Origin: Euglena gracilis
Taxonomy: Eukaryota
Assembly: GCA_039621445.1 (NCBI GenBank)
Contig: CP154954.1
Location: 40,355,572 to 40,419,571 of the forward strand
Direction of reading: 5' to 3'
DNA length: 64,000 nt
The notes beneath the pieces are model-generated. The model searched no databases, was not told the DNA's origin, and saw only the letters and a program-made list of their open reading frames with translations. The position numbers and the translations under genes were made by a program. Shown here piece after piece: positions 12,782 through 24,780 of this stretch; the stretch's first letter is position 1; each line of letters opens with the position of its first letter.

Positions 12782-15700
12782 TTGGATCAATCAATACTGA
12801 GAAGGAAGAGCAATTCAGACGACACGGAAAAGCGGAGGAAGGAAAATTTTGTTTCCATGAGAGATGCACCAGACCTGGCGTCCAGCAGCCCAGTGGAGCA
12901 AAAAAGAACCCCAGGGAAGACAGCAGAAGCTGGAGAAGAGGGAGTTCCAGCAGGCGCCGGAGCAACCAACATGGAACCAAGCTGTCGAGCTGCAGCACAA
13001 GGAGTTTCAAGGAAGAAACTGGAAGTGGAGAAGAGTGGAGGAGCAGCAGAAGCTGGAGACGACGACGGGGCAGGAGCACAACACCAGTCCGTGGCCGTCG
13101 CAACCCCCACATCTTCCATTTTCCCAAAAAATTTTCAATTCCAATCATTCAACGACGGCCATGGACCCTGGACATTGGTGGCCAGAAAGTCGAGGAGACA
13201 AAGACAACAACAGCCCACAGCCCAGAGGGCAAGAAATGGGGAGACAGGTCGAGAAGACTACCCCCCCGGTTTCCCATCACCACCCCCCTCTCAGGGGGAA
13301 CATTCCAAAGAAAGCATTACATCAAGGGCATGGCGACCCTTTTCAACAAGGCTATGGCAGCCATCATTATCAAGGGCATGGAGCCCAACTGCAAGGCTAT
13401 GGAAGCCAGAAGCAAAGGCTGAAAGGCCCCAGGGGAAAGGTATGTCCATCTTACCCCACAGCTGCCTTAAACATAAACCCTTCAGGGACTGCCAATCAAT
13501 GCAGCAAACAGCCCCCCCATCGGGGACAGAAGGCCAATGGAGGCCACTGTATTCAAAATCAAGAGGCCAATGGAGGCCATTTTATTCAGAGTCAAAGAGC
13601 TGCCCATTCAAGCAAGCAGCCCCCCTTTCAGGGGAAGGCCAATGGAGGCCATTATATCCAAGAGGCCAATGGAGGCCAGGGGGCAAATATCAAGGCCAAT
13701 GGAGGCCATTTCAATCAAAATCAGGTGGCCATGGGAGGCCAGTGCATTCAAGACCACAGCCCTTGGGGGGGAGGCCCAAGATTGGCTTACACCAGGGCCC
13801 CCCCAGAAGGAAATCAGCCCACACCCCCCAGCTTTATATGTACCTCCCCACTGCAGAAACAGACCTTCCCCCATCTTTCAAAAACAGGGGGAAAGCCTGT
13901 CCATGGGAAGCCCTATGGCAGGGCCAGAGGTGACCCCAGTGATGGGGCAGCCAGAGATGACCCCAGTGATGGGGCAGCCAGGGGGAAGGACCCCAGTGAT
14001 GGGGCCTGTGGAATCCCCAGACAAATTACACCCAGGGGTGCCCCCATTCATGGCCCTGCAGGCCAGCATTCCCCATTGGGTCAAGGCAGGGGCCAGCACA
14101 GAGGTATTAAACCTGATAAGGGAAGGGGTCAGGGCAGATCTTCCCCCTCAGATGTCCTTAAAAATTCCCTTCAAAACTCCCCAAGAAATAATGACCGCCC
14201 AGAACATTCTGAGAGAATACGAATGTGCAGGGGCAACCAGGCAAATCCCCCCAGAGGAAGCAAAACATTTTGTCCCTTATTTTATCATTTCCAAAAAGGA
14301 AGGGGAAAAGACCAAGGAAAGACTGATTTCAGATTGTCGACAGTTAAATCTCCATTTCACCCCCCAGAAGTTCAGATTGGAACACATGGGAAACATCTTC
14401 CCATATCTCAGAAAGGGTTGGTTCTGTGGAAAAATAGACCTGAAAGATGCATATTTCCACTTAAAACTGCACAGCAGTCTGGAAAAACATGTGTGCATGC
14501 AGGTGGGGGGGGGGAAACGTGGCAATTTCAAGCTGCATGCTTTGGTATAAGCAGCCTGCCACAAAAATTTATGACTCTCATGAGAGTTTGGGAGAGAAAA
14601 TGGAGAAAGGAAGGAAAGGTAGTTTTCATCTACCTAGACGACATTTTGCTGTTAGCCCCAAGCAAAAAGACAGCAGCCCAGCATTTGGCAGAAATGAAAA
14701 AAGATCTTTTACTGGCAGGTTTCAGAATAAACCTCCCCAAATCATGTCTGGAACCAACACAAGAAATAAAGCATTTGGGCCAGTGGATCAATTTGAAAAA
14801 AGGCCAGCTGGAAATTCCACAGGAAAAATTAAAATCCCTAAGAAAGGAATTAGGAAAGGTGCTGACAGCACAAAAGATGAGCTGCAGAAAACTCAGCTCT
14901 ATTGTAGGGCAAGTCAGAAGCTATTTAGTTTCCATGCCTTTTCTCAGAATTCTGACAGATCAACTTTGCAAAATGGTGGATTTACACACAAAGTGGGGTT
15001 GGGACCACACCCTGACCATTCCCCAGGTGGTCAAAGATCAAATTGTGGAGTTAAAAACGTTTTTGCAGCCAGGTGTTGGCAGGGCATTTCAATCCCAGGC
15101 CTCTCAGGAACTGTTCTCAGACAGCAGCACCTGGCAGTGGGGGGGGGGGGCTGGACAAAATTCAGGCCAAAAAGTGCAGGATTTTTGGAGGGACCTGCAC
15201 ATCCTTCACATCAACCAAAAAGAGTTGATGTCAGCAGTGGAGACAGTAAAAAGTCTGGCCAAACCAAAGCAAACAATAATGCTTCATGTGGACAGCCAGG
15301 TGGCTGTAAGTTATTTAACAAAATGGGGAGGCAGAAAGCCCTACCTAAATTCCATCTTAAAACCCCTGCTGTACCATTGTCAGGAAAAGAAAATCAATTT
15401 GCAGGTGGTTTGGGTTCCCACAAAAGAGCAATTGGCAGACTCCCTGACCAGGGAGCAAAAGGACCCAGGGGATTATACCCTAAACTTGACAATCTTTCAC
15501 CAAATTCTGAAATTTTTCAGAAAGGACATTACCCCAGAGGTGGACATGTTTTGCACACCCAGCAACAAAAAATTTCACCAGTTTGTTTGTCGATACCCCC
15601 ACCAAGGGGCTTTGCTGGTGGATGCCTTGAAGGCCGATTTGAAGGGTCTCCCCCCAGTTTATGCCAACCCTCCCTGGAGCATCATTCCCCAGTGGGTTCA

Positions 15701-15956
15701 GAGATTAATGTTAAACCCAGACCTAACATGTCTGTTGATCGTACCCCACTGGGCTTCGACATCATGGTGGCGCCAATTAATGGCAATCAGACAGCCAGGC
15801 AGCAAAGTTTTGCTGGTCCCCCCCCAATGGGGTCTATTCACCAACTGCTGGGGGGAGGAGATGCCCCCCCCAAGGTGGAATTTGGCCTGCTTGATTGTGT
15901 CAGGCAAATATTACAATCCCAGGAAGTTTCGATGTCCAGTATCAACACTTACATAA
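12782..15956 (+). CDS. DIRS B ORF1 (low complexity) + RT + RNase H + adenine methyltransferase-like domain, with homopolymer frameshifts (e.g. ~14510)
   Basis: RLISDCRQLN, IDLKDAYFH, IYLDD, FSDSS, HINQKEL, LADSLTR, DMFCT and YANPPW across frames 13537-14550 and 12864-15956. Confidence 0.85.
13530..14008 (+). repeat. Internal tandem repeats of B: AGGCCAATGGAGGCCA x5-6 and CCCCAGTGATGGGG x3
   Basis: First motif near 13531, 13564, 13636, 13664, 13693; hairpin motif at 13934, 13961, 13991. Hairpin copies also occur in C (~18265-18334). Confidence 0.85.
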
Positions 15957-17172
15957 AAAATCTGGGAAATGTCAAAAGATATGACTCAGCCTTTATGACA
16001 TTGATGGGCCAATTATTGCAAAAAGGGGTGCCTCTGCAGAAGTGCCCCACAGTCCCCAAGACGGCTGAAGCCATCCTTGATCTTGCTGTTCATAGCATCA
16101 ACACTGCACGAAATGCATATGCAGCAGCCTTATTACTCCCAGGGTTTGGGTCTTTGAGATTTTCCCCTCTTCTGGCTCCATTGAAAAGGAAGTGGAATGC
16201 CAATGTCTGCAAGTATGCCCACTTTTGGGACCCCACTGATTTCCTGGAGAACATCATGAGGAATTCCACACCCCTCTCAGACCTATCTGTGAAAGAGCTC
16301 AGAAACAGGCTCATCATCTGTTGGAGGCTTTTAGCCGTCCACAGGGGGGTTGATTTAGCCAGGACACAGCGAAAAATCAGTTTCGTGGGAGAAAAAATTT
16401 TCATTTTGTTGCAAAGGAAAGGGTGGCAATTCCCAAGATGGGAAGAAGTTTTGAATCTGCCACACACCCCCCTCATAAGCCCTTGGCATTTATTGAAAGA
16501 GTATGTGGAAAGGACAGCCCACATGGTTGGACACAAAAATAATTTGTTATGGTCTTTGGATGGTAAAAGACCTTTGACATCAGAAAGGGTGAATTCCCTG
16601 ACCAGAGAAATCCTGCAAGAGGGGGGGGTGGACACCACCCACTGGAAACCCCACAGCACCAGAGGGGCTGGGGTTTTATGGTGGAAAAATGCTGGTTTGC
16701 AAGTGGAAGAAGTCCAGCAATTGGGTCGGTGGAAAAATTTTGGGGCATTCCAAGCTCATTATTTAAGGCTGGGAGTCGTGTCAAAAATTCAAAATATTAT
16801 GGCCCAAAGGGGGGTGCACAGTACCTCACCATCTCGCAGTGCGGAGCCCGAATGGTCTCGGACTCCCACGACACAGGAAGGGGGAGGAAGGGACCAAGAG
16901 GGCGAAGCACAAGAAGATGGTGAACCCAACCCTCCCACCCCAAAAATCAGCAGAAAAAGAAAACCATCCCAACCAGAAAGGAGACCCCCGACCAAGCAGC
17001 CCCAGCCACCCACCCAGGAAAACAGAAAGAGACAACCATCCCCATCGAGGGGGGGGGCCCCCACCAAGCGACCATGGGAGAGGGGGGGGGGGCGGGGCCA
17101 CGGCGGTTCAGTTTCGCCAAGGTGTCGGAGGAGGCCACCTCATCGCCAACTCCGGCAACAAAGGCGCAGTAA
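14489..17172 (+). CDS. DIRS B tyrosine recombinase ORF
   Basis: VHRGVDLAR, KPHSTRGAG, LGRW...FQAHYLR. The stop homologous to those of A and C is TAA at 17170-17172; the run-on to 17353 is explained by a poly-G indel near 17085. Confidence 0.88.
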
Positions 17173-17301
17173 GAAGCACCCCCCGCGCACGCACAAACAC
17201 ACCAGAACAGAACAGCCGGCAAGGAAAGCAGGACCTCACCATCTTCTTGTGCTTCGCCCTCTTGGTCCCTTCCTCCTCCTTCCTGTGTCGTGGGAGTCCG
17301 A

Positions 17302-20286
17302 CAAGCTGTCAAGAAGAAGTGGGAGCACAAGGAAGTTCAAGACAGACAGCTGAAGCTGGAAAACACCGAGGGGCTGCACACGCTGGAGTACCTGATGGAG
17401 CAGGGCCAGGACGCCCGTCCGTGGCCGTCGCAACCCTTCCGCCCCCCAGTTCGTCAGAAATGTCCTGTTTTCAGCAAAGCTTTTGTGACGGACATGGACC
17501 CTGGACACTTGTGGTCAGAGCAAAGCGACGGAGAAGCCATCCAGGGCAAGGCTCATTGGGTCATGGGGACCCATCACAGTCATCATCAATCAAGGAAACA
17601 TTGTCAGGAGAGGGAAAAACAGGTCTGGCATACTACCCATCACCCTTTTCTTCGTCCCCCCCCCCTTCCAGGGGGCAAAACAAAGGCTATGGCAGCCTTT
17701 CAACAAAAGCCAAAAACTCAAGGAATTCAAGTCATCATGGCTATGGCAGCCATCATCCAGAAGGACCTGGGGTCCACAGTCAAGGCTATGGCAGCCTTTA
17801 TTCAAGAGGGCAGTGGCCCCAGGGGCAAGGCAATGGCAGCCAGTACCCCAGCCTGGAAAGATCCCATTGGGGAAAGGTATGTCCAACTTTCCCCCCAGCA
17901 ATTTCAAAAACAAACCCCCCAGGAGCTGCAAAACAATACCAAAAAGGGGCCATGGTCGCCTATGTGGGGAATCCAGAAGGACTGAGAAGTCCTGGAGAAA
18001 AGGCCAATGGAGGCCAAGCAGGCCTGAGTGCCTCTCGAGGCCAAAGGGCCCTGAAGGCAAATGGTGGCCAATACCATCAAAGCCAGCCAAACCACACCAG
18101 CCCTTGGGGGGGAGGCCCAAGATTGGCTCAGGCAGGCCCCCCCCAGAAGATAATCATCCCAGCATTATATGTACCACCCCACCACAGGCACAGACCTTCC
18201 CCCATCATTCCAAAACAGGGGGAAAGCCTGTCTTTGGGAAGCCCTATGGCAGGGCCAGCTGCAGCCCAGTGATGGGGCAACCAGAGGGGGCCCCAGTGAT
18301 GGGGCAGCCAGGGGGAAGGACCCCAGTGATGGGGCCTGTGGAATCCCCAGATACATTGCACCCAGGGGTGCCCCCTTACATGGCCCTGCAGACCAGTATC
18401 CCCCATTGGGTCAAGGCAGGAGCCAGCAGAGAGGTATTAAACCTGATAAGGGAAGGGGTTATGGCAGATCTCCCTCTCCCCCCTCGGATGTCATTAAAAG
18501 TTCCCTTCAAGACACCCCAAGAAATAATGACTGCCCAGAAAATTCTGAGAGAATACGAATGTGCAGGGGCAACCAGGCAAATCACCCCAGAGGAGGCAAA
18601 ACATTTTGTCCCTTATTTTATCATTTCCAAAAAAGAGAGGGAAAAGACAAAAGAAAGGTTAATCTCAGATTGTCGACAGCTAAATCTCCACTTCACCCCC
18701 CCAGAAGTTCAGACTGGAACACATGGGAAACATTTTCCCATACTTAAAAAAGGGTTGGTTCTGTGGGAAAATCGATCTGAAAGCTGCTTATTTTCACCTA
18801 AAGCTGCACAGCAGCCTGGAAAAGCATATGTTTGCATGCAAGTGGGGGGGGAAACGTGGCAGTTTCAGGCTGCATGCTTCGGCATCAGCAGCCTGCCACA
18901 AAAGTTTATGACTCTCATGAGAGTCTGGGAAAGGAAGTGGAGAAAGGAGGGAAAGGTGGTTTTCATCTACCTGGACGACATTTTGCTGCTAGCCCCCAGC
19001 AAAAAGACAGCAGCCCAACATTTGGCAGAGATAAAAAGAGACCTTTTGTTGGCAGGTTTCAGATTAAACCTCCCCAAATCCTGTCTGGAACCAACACAGG
19101 AAATAAATCATTTGGGCCAGTGGATCAATCTGAAAAAAGGCCAATTAGAAATTCCTCAAGAAAAGCTGAAATCCCTCAGAAAGGAGCTAGGCAAGGTGCT
19201 CACAGCACAGCTGCAGAAAACTCAGTTCGATTGTGGGTCAAGTCAGAAGCTGTTTAGTCTCAATGCCATTTCTCAGAATTCTGACAGATCAACTTTGCAA
19301 AATGGTGGACCTGCACACAAAGTGGGGTTGGGACCACACCGTAACCATTCCCCAGGCGGTCAAGGATCAAATTGTGGAGTTAAAGGCATTTCTACAGCCA
19401 GGGGTTGGCAGGGCCTTTCAATCCCAGGCCACTCAGAATCTCTTTTCAGACAGCAGCACCTGGCAATGGGGGGGGGGGGGCTGGACAAGGCTTCAGGCCA
19501 AAAGGTGCAGGATTTTTGGAGGGACCTGCATGTCCTTCATAGCAATCAAAAAGAATTGCAAGCTGCAGTGGAAACTGTCAAAGCACTGGCCAAACCAAAA
19601 CACACAATTGTGCTTCATGTGGACAGCCAGGTGGCTGTAAGTTATTTAACAAAATGGGGAGGCAGAAAGCCGTATTTAAATTCCATCTTAAAACCCCTGC
19701 TGTATCATTGTCAGGAAAAGCAAATCAACTTGCAGGTGGTTTGGGTTCCCACAAAGGAGCAATTGGCAGACTCCTTGACCAGAGAGCAAAAGGACCCAGC
19801 GGATTATGCCCTAAACCTGAACATCTTTCACCAAATTCTTCAATTTTTCAGAAAAGACATGTCCCCAGAGGTGGACATGTTTTGCACACCCAGCAACAAA
19901 AAATTCCCCAAGTTTGTTTGTCGATACCCCCACCAAGGGGCTTTGCTGGTGGATGCCTTGAGGGCAGATTTGAGGGGTCTCCCCCCAGTTTATGCAAATC
20001 CTCCCTGGAGCATCATTCCCCAGTGGGTTCAGAGATTGATGCTAAACCCAGACCTGAATTGTCTGTTGATCGTACCCCACTGGGCTTCAACATCGTGGTG
20101 GCGCCAGTTAATGTCAATCAGGCAGCCAGGCAGCAAAGTTTTGTTGGTACCCCCCCAATGGGGTCTGTTCACCAACTGCTGTGGGGAAGAGATGCCCCCC
20201 CAAGGTGGAATTTGGCCTGCTTGATTGTGTCAGGCAAATATTACAATCCCAGGCAGTTTCGATGTCCAGTATCGATACTTACATAA
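17302..20286 (+). pseudogene. DIRS C ORF1-RT-RH-MT, frameshifted and interrupted by B
   Basis: Close paralogue of B (IYLDD, DMFCT, YANPPW) split over several frames. Confidence 0.85.
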
Positions 20287-21497
20287 AGAATCTGGGGAAT
20301 GTCAAAAGATATGACTCAGCCTTCAAGGCTTTGATGGGTCAATTGTTGCACAAGGGGGTGCCCCTGCAGGACTGCACAGTCCACAGGATGGCTGAGGCCA
20401 TCCTTGATCTGGCTGCCCACAGCCTCAACACTGCACGAAATGCATATGCAGCAGTGTTATTACTCTCAGGGTTTGGATCATTGAGGTTTTCCCCTCTGTT
20501 GTCTCTATTGAAAAGGAAATGGAATTCCAATGTCTGCAAGTATGCCCACTTTTGGGACCCCACTGATTTCCTGGAAAACATCTTGAGGAATTCGTCACCC
20601 CTCTCTGACCTGTCTGTGAAGGAGCTCAGAAACAGGCTCATCCTCTGTTGGAGGCTGTTGGCCCTCCACAGGGGGGTTGATCTAGCCAGGACACAGCGAA
20701 AAATCAGTTTCGTGGGAGAAAAAATGTTCATTTTATTGCAAAGGAAAGGCTGGCAATTCCCAAGACGGGAAGAAGTTTTGAATTTGCAACACACCCCCCT
20801 CATCAGCCCCTGGCATTTATTGAAAGAGTATGTCGAAAGGACTGCCCACATGGTTGGACACAAAAATAATTTGTTGTGGTCTTTGGATGGTAAAAGACCT
20901 TTGACATCAGAAAGGGTGAATTCCCTGACCAGAGAAATTCTGCAAGAGGGGGGGGGACACCACCCACTGGAAACCCCACAGCACCAGAGGGGCTGGGGTT
21001 TTATGGTGGAAAATGCTGGTTTGCAAGTGGAAGAAGTCCAGCAACTGGGTCAGTGGAAAAATTTTGGGGCCTTCCAAGCTCATTATTTGAGGCTGGGTGT
21101 CGTTTCAAAAATTCAAACAATTATGGCCCAAAGGGGGGTGCACAATACCTCACCATCTCGCAGTGCGGAGCCCGAATGGTCTCGGACTCCCACGACAGAG
21201 GAAGGGGGAGGAAGGGACCAAGAGGGCGAAGCACAAGAAGATGGTGAGCCCAACCCTCCAACCCAAAAATTCAGCAGAAAAAGAAAAACATCCCAACCAG
21301 AAAGGAGACCCCCGACCAAGCAGCCCCAGCCACCCACCCAGGAAAACAGAAAGAGACAACCATCCCCATCGAGGGGGGGGGGGGCCCACCAAGCGACCAT
21401 GGGAGAAGAGGGGGGGGGGGCGGGGCCACGGTTCAGCTTCGCCAAGGTGTCGGACGCAGCCTCATCATCGCCAACTCCGGCAACAAAGGCGCAGTAA
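20181..21497 (+). pseudogene. DIRS C tyrosine recombinase
   Basis: LHRGVDLAR and LGQW...FQAHYLR are present; the HSTR region is locally out of frame because of compensating indels near 20950-21010. Confidence 0.85.
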
Positions 21498-21752
21498 GAA
21501 GCACCCCCGCGCACACACAAACACACCAGAACAGAACAGCCGGCAAAGAAAGCAGGACCTCACCATCTTCTTGTGCTTCGCCCTCTTGGTCCTTTCCTCC
21601 CCCTTCCTCTGTCGTGGGAGTCCGAGACAGGGCAGCTCCCAAATAAAAAAAATTTCCACCCGAGCGAGTATCTTTTTTTTGGCTCGGGTCAGCTACGTGC
21701 TCCCGTGAGGGGGAGAACCCTGCACGAGGACGGGGCACCAAGGGCGAGGGAC

Positions 21753-21912
21753 TCGGACTCCCACGGCACAGGAAGGGGGAGGGAGGGACATGAGGGTGAC
21801 GCGCAAGAAGATGGTGAGGTCCTGCTTTCCTTGCCCGCTGCTCTGCTCTGGTGTGTTTGTGCGCGCGCGGGGGTGCTCCATACGGCGCCTTTGTTTCCGC
21901 AGTGGGCGATGA
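21753..21912 (-). mobile_element. Diverged right terminus (extension + ITR) of a B/C-family DIRS, possibly the end of element E
   Basis: Reverse-complement similarity to 17141-17301. Confidence 0.75.
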
Positions 21913-22009
21913 CGAGCCGTTGTAGCTAAATCTGAAAAAAAAACCAGCCTGAGTCGTCACCCCCTGCCAGTGTATGGCACCTCGGGCGCTTCACTTCCCC
22001 ACGCGAGGT

Positions 22010-23830
22010 CATTCGTTCTCCCTCGTGGAAAACCGACAAGGGAGGAAGGGACACCGGGGACGAAGCCCAAAGGCCTTGGTGGCCATGCGTTGCTCGCCGG
22101 GGGTGTTGCGTAGGTTTTTCCTTTGTGCTGGGTGAGGAGACCCCGCTTAGTGCCGCCTCGCCGGAGTTGGCTGAGTATGCAGCCCCGACTTGGCGACGTG
22201 GCTTCTTGCCCCTGGGCCCCCCCCTCTGCCCCCTGGCCCTCATTTTCTGACCGAGGGCTTTTGTACACAAATTTTCTTTTACCGGTGGGGGTTCGGGCTC
22301 ACAAGGTCTTTGTGCTTCGCCCTCGGTGCCGCTTCCTCCCTTGTCGGTTTTTCCTCGAGGGAGTGCGGGACCCCTCTGGCTCCGCACTTTGCCCTTGTGA
22401 GGCCAGATTGTGCACTGAAATTAGGGGGGCCAGGGCATTTTCCAAGGCACCTTGGGCACCAAAGCGTTGATAGTAAAAGCCTCCACCCCCCTCCACTGAC
22501 CAATTCAAAAAACTTCTTGGGCAGAAAGGCCCAATTTTCTGAGTGAACCAACTCCTGCCCCTCTGGTGGAGGGGGCCCCCCACACCTGGGGGTACCCCTT
22601 GCTTGGCCAAAAATTCCTTGGTGATAGAGGCAACGGTGTCTGCACTTATGGCCCTGAAGGGGTTTTTTAGTGAAATATGAAGGGGGCCCCAGGGCTGACG
22701 AATGAACGTGTGGCAGTTACATAACACATCATTAAATGAAATGGCTTATTTGTGGACACTGGGGTATGGACACAACCCTTTCTCTCTTGTGAAAATTTTG
22801 CCCTTTATGTTAAATTTTGATTTAGGGTGCCCCACCCAACCCACCCACCACCCACCACCCCACACACTGGTGGTTCGTTTGACTTGTGCCAAGTCAGAGG
22901 CCCTGTATAAACAGAGGATTCGTGAGGAAAAAAAAAGTTGTGTGCGCAATGTACAAGTGTCAGTGAGCACAGGGGCCTTGGCGAGCCCAGGAGGATTGGG
23001 ACGGGATCCCAGAATGCCCCATACTTCTCCAGATTTTGGTCCCAAAGCCGCTTGTGAGGGGTAAAAAGGTTGTGGAATCTCAGCCCACCAAACGCAGGAA
23101 CCAAAAGCATAGCAATGTATGTATGCATTATGGGCTTGGGCCTTGGAGAATTGGAATAATTGTATTAAAGCGTCAGCCACTTGGGCTGTGGTGGCTTCAG
23201 GGGGTGGCACCCCCATTTTCTCCAAAATTACCCACATAAGTGCAAAAGCACTCTGATACCTTTTAAACTGGGGTTTCTCCCCAGGAAATCGTCAACGGTT
23301 TTAACCTTAATTTGTTTCCCCTCCAAAATTTGCCTGAGCAAATCATGCAAAGCAGGGGCCACCTGGGGGGTGGCATTTGTTCCCCCCTGCAATTGGTGAA
23401 CATACCCACGTAGGGGATGATTTTCAGGCATGGGGCCCCTGCAACTTTCATTTTTATTAACTGAGGCCACCATGTGGCTGAATCCCAGTAGGGGGTGACC
23501 AACAAAACTTTGATCTGGGGAAACATTCTCAACCTGGGCAGAAGTTTTTGGATTATTGACCAGGGGGGGGTTTGCATAAAGATCCCCATGTTGTCCAGTG
23601 GACATTGTTATGCATTTACTGCTGTGGCTTCCCAATGGGGCCACCTGGCCACAAGATTGGGCATTTTTTTGTTGCCTGGGGAGGCAAATAAAACTGTTTC
23701 CAGATATGTGACGTTTTAAAAATGCTGCATTAGCCATTCAAAAAGTTGGGGGGTCTAAATAATTGTAGCCCCTGTTCATTTCCCGTCTGCTTATGGGGTC
23801 TGCCAGGCAATCTTTTGAAGGCTTCCAGTT
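22010..23830 (-). mobile_element. Degenerate, 5'-truncated DIRS element D (third family): end of RH, MT, YR, ICR, right end
   Basis: Minus-strand DLYANPP, VTPYWDSATWWPQL, KYGAFWDP, LYRASDLA. 22308-22363 is inverted-complementary to 22018-22072 (ICR versus right extension). Confidence 0.8.
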
Positions 23831-24280
23831 GACTTAATGTGCACCCCTTTCTGGCTGGGATTTCATTCTTTTTCTGCTGATTTTTTTTGGTGGGGGGTTG
23901 GGCTCACCATCTGTTTCTGCTTCGCCCTCTTGGTCCGTTCCTTCCCCTTCTTGTGTTGTGGGACTCCGAGACCATTCGGGCTCCGCACTGCGAGATAGTG
24001 AGGTACTGTGCACCCCACTCTGGGCCATAATTGTTTGAAGGTTTGATGCGACTCCCTTTCTCAAATAATGGGCCTGCAAGGCTTCAAAGTTCCTCCACTG
24101 ACCCAGTTGGCGTCTGGATATCAAGTAGTTGGTGGTTGCTTTCACACACCAGGGGGTTGGCTTCCTGCCCCAGGCAAGGCTTCCCTCCATCTGAGCTCTG
24201 TCCACTCTGGTGATGAGATGCTTCCAGGACTGCTCTCTCCACCCGCAGTGATAAAAATGGAAAATACAACTTGATGACTG

Positions 24281-24780
24281 TTGCGCCAAAGCGCAATGGG
24301 TAGACTCATGAAGAATGGAAATTTAAGAGTTATATTGCGCCAAAGCGCAAGTAGAAATACACTTTTAAGATTGTCAAAGCAACGTGGCTCTTGCGCCGAC
24401 GCGCAATGTTGACCAGTTTTAAGTCAACGTGACTGAGAGTAGGCTCCGTCCCCCTGTTCTACATTTTTGTGCTCCATCCCCTCTGGTGTTCTTACTCTAC
24501 CAGGGCCGTTCTCTCCCTGCGTTGTGAGATAAGTTTTAAACAGTTACATTTGTGCTTCGGCGCAAGCCATTTTGCTTTTGCAATTTTAAAATTTGTATTT
24601 CTACTTGCGCTTTGGCGCAACGTAACTTGTAAATTTCCATTCTTCATGAGCCTACCCCTTGCGCTTTGGCGCAAATGGAAACACATGTTGACACAAAAAA
24701 AGTTATCATTTTTCAAATGCGGCAATGGTCACCCACGTGTTGAATCACAAAAAAAGTCAAAAATTTGCGCCAAAGCGCAA
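24281..24780. mobile_element. Foldback/MITE-like insert with ~140-bp inverted arms
   Basis: 24281-24423 is inverted to ~24533-24674. The hairpin motif TTGCGCCAAAGCGCAA occurs at least five times. It lies in a ~670-bp insert in the YR gene of E. Confidence 0.8.

Larger units (their letters stand above)
12587..17301 (+). mobile_element. DIRS1-type YR retrotransposon B, full length, same family as C, inserted in ORF1 of C
   Basis: Left ITR 12610-12708 / right ITR 17145-17244; left extension 12587-12609, right extension 17245-17301; ICR 16823-16923 complementary to both extensions. Confidence 0.93.
5940..21625 (+). mobile_element. DIRS1-type YR retrotransposon C (host of nested A and B); own pieces 5940-6042, 12440-12586, 17302-21625
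   Basis: Left end GACCACTCGGGCTCCGCACTGCGAGATGG; right ITR ~21470-21568 plus extension to 21625; ICR 21147-21248 complementary to both ends. The left-ITR variant TTCTTTGCCG matches the right ITR CGGCAAAGAA of this copy, whereas B has TTCCTTGCCG. Confidence 0.9.

Noticed and set aside
13530-13742. CRISPR-like array of AGGCCAATGGAGGCCA repeats
   Set aside because: Spacers are short and similar to each other, the repeats lie in a retrotransposon ORF, and there are no cas genes.
14500-14520. Programmed frameshift inside RT of B (and inside YR of A near 11645)
   Set aside because: The shifts fall in homopolymers and differ between sister copies, so sequencing error or decay is more likely.
18265-18274. 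TGATG stop-start coupling between ORF1 and RT in element C
   Set aside because: B and E keep ORF1 and RT in the same frame here; C differs by one base in a C-run, so this is probably an indel.
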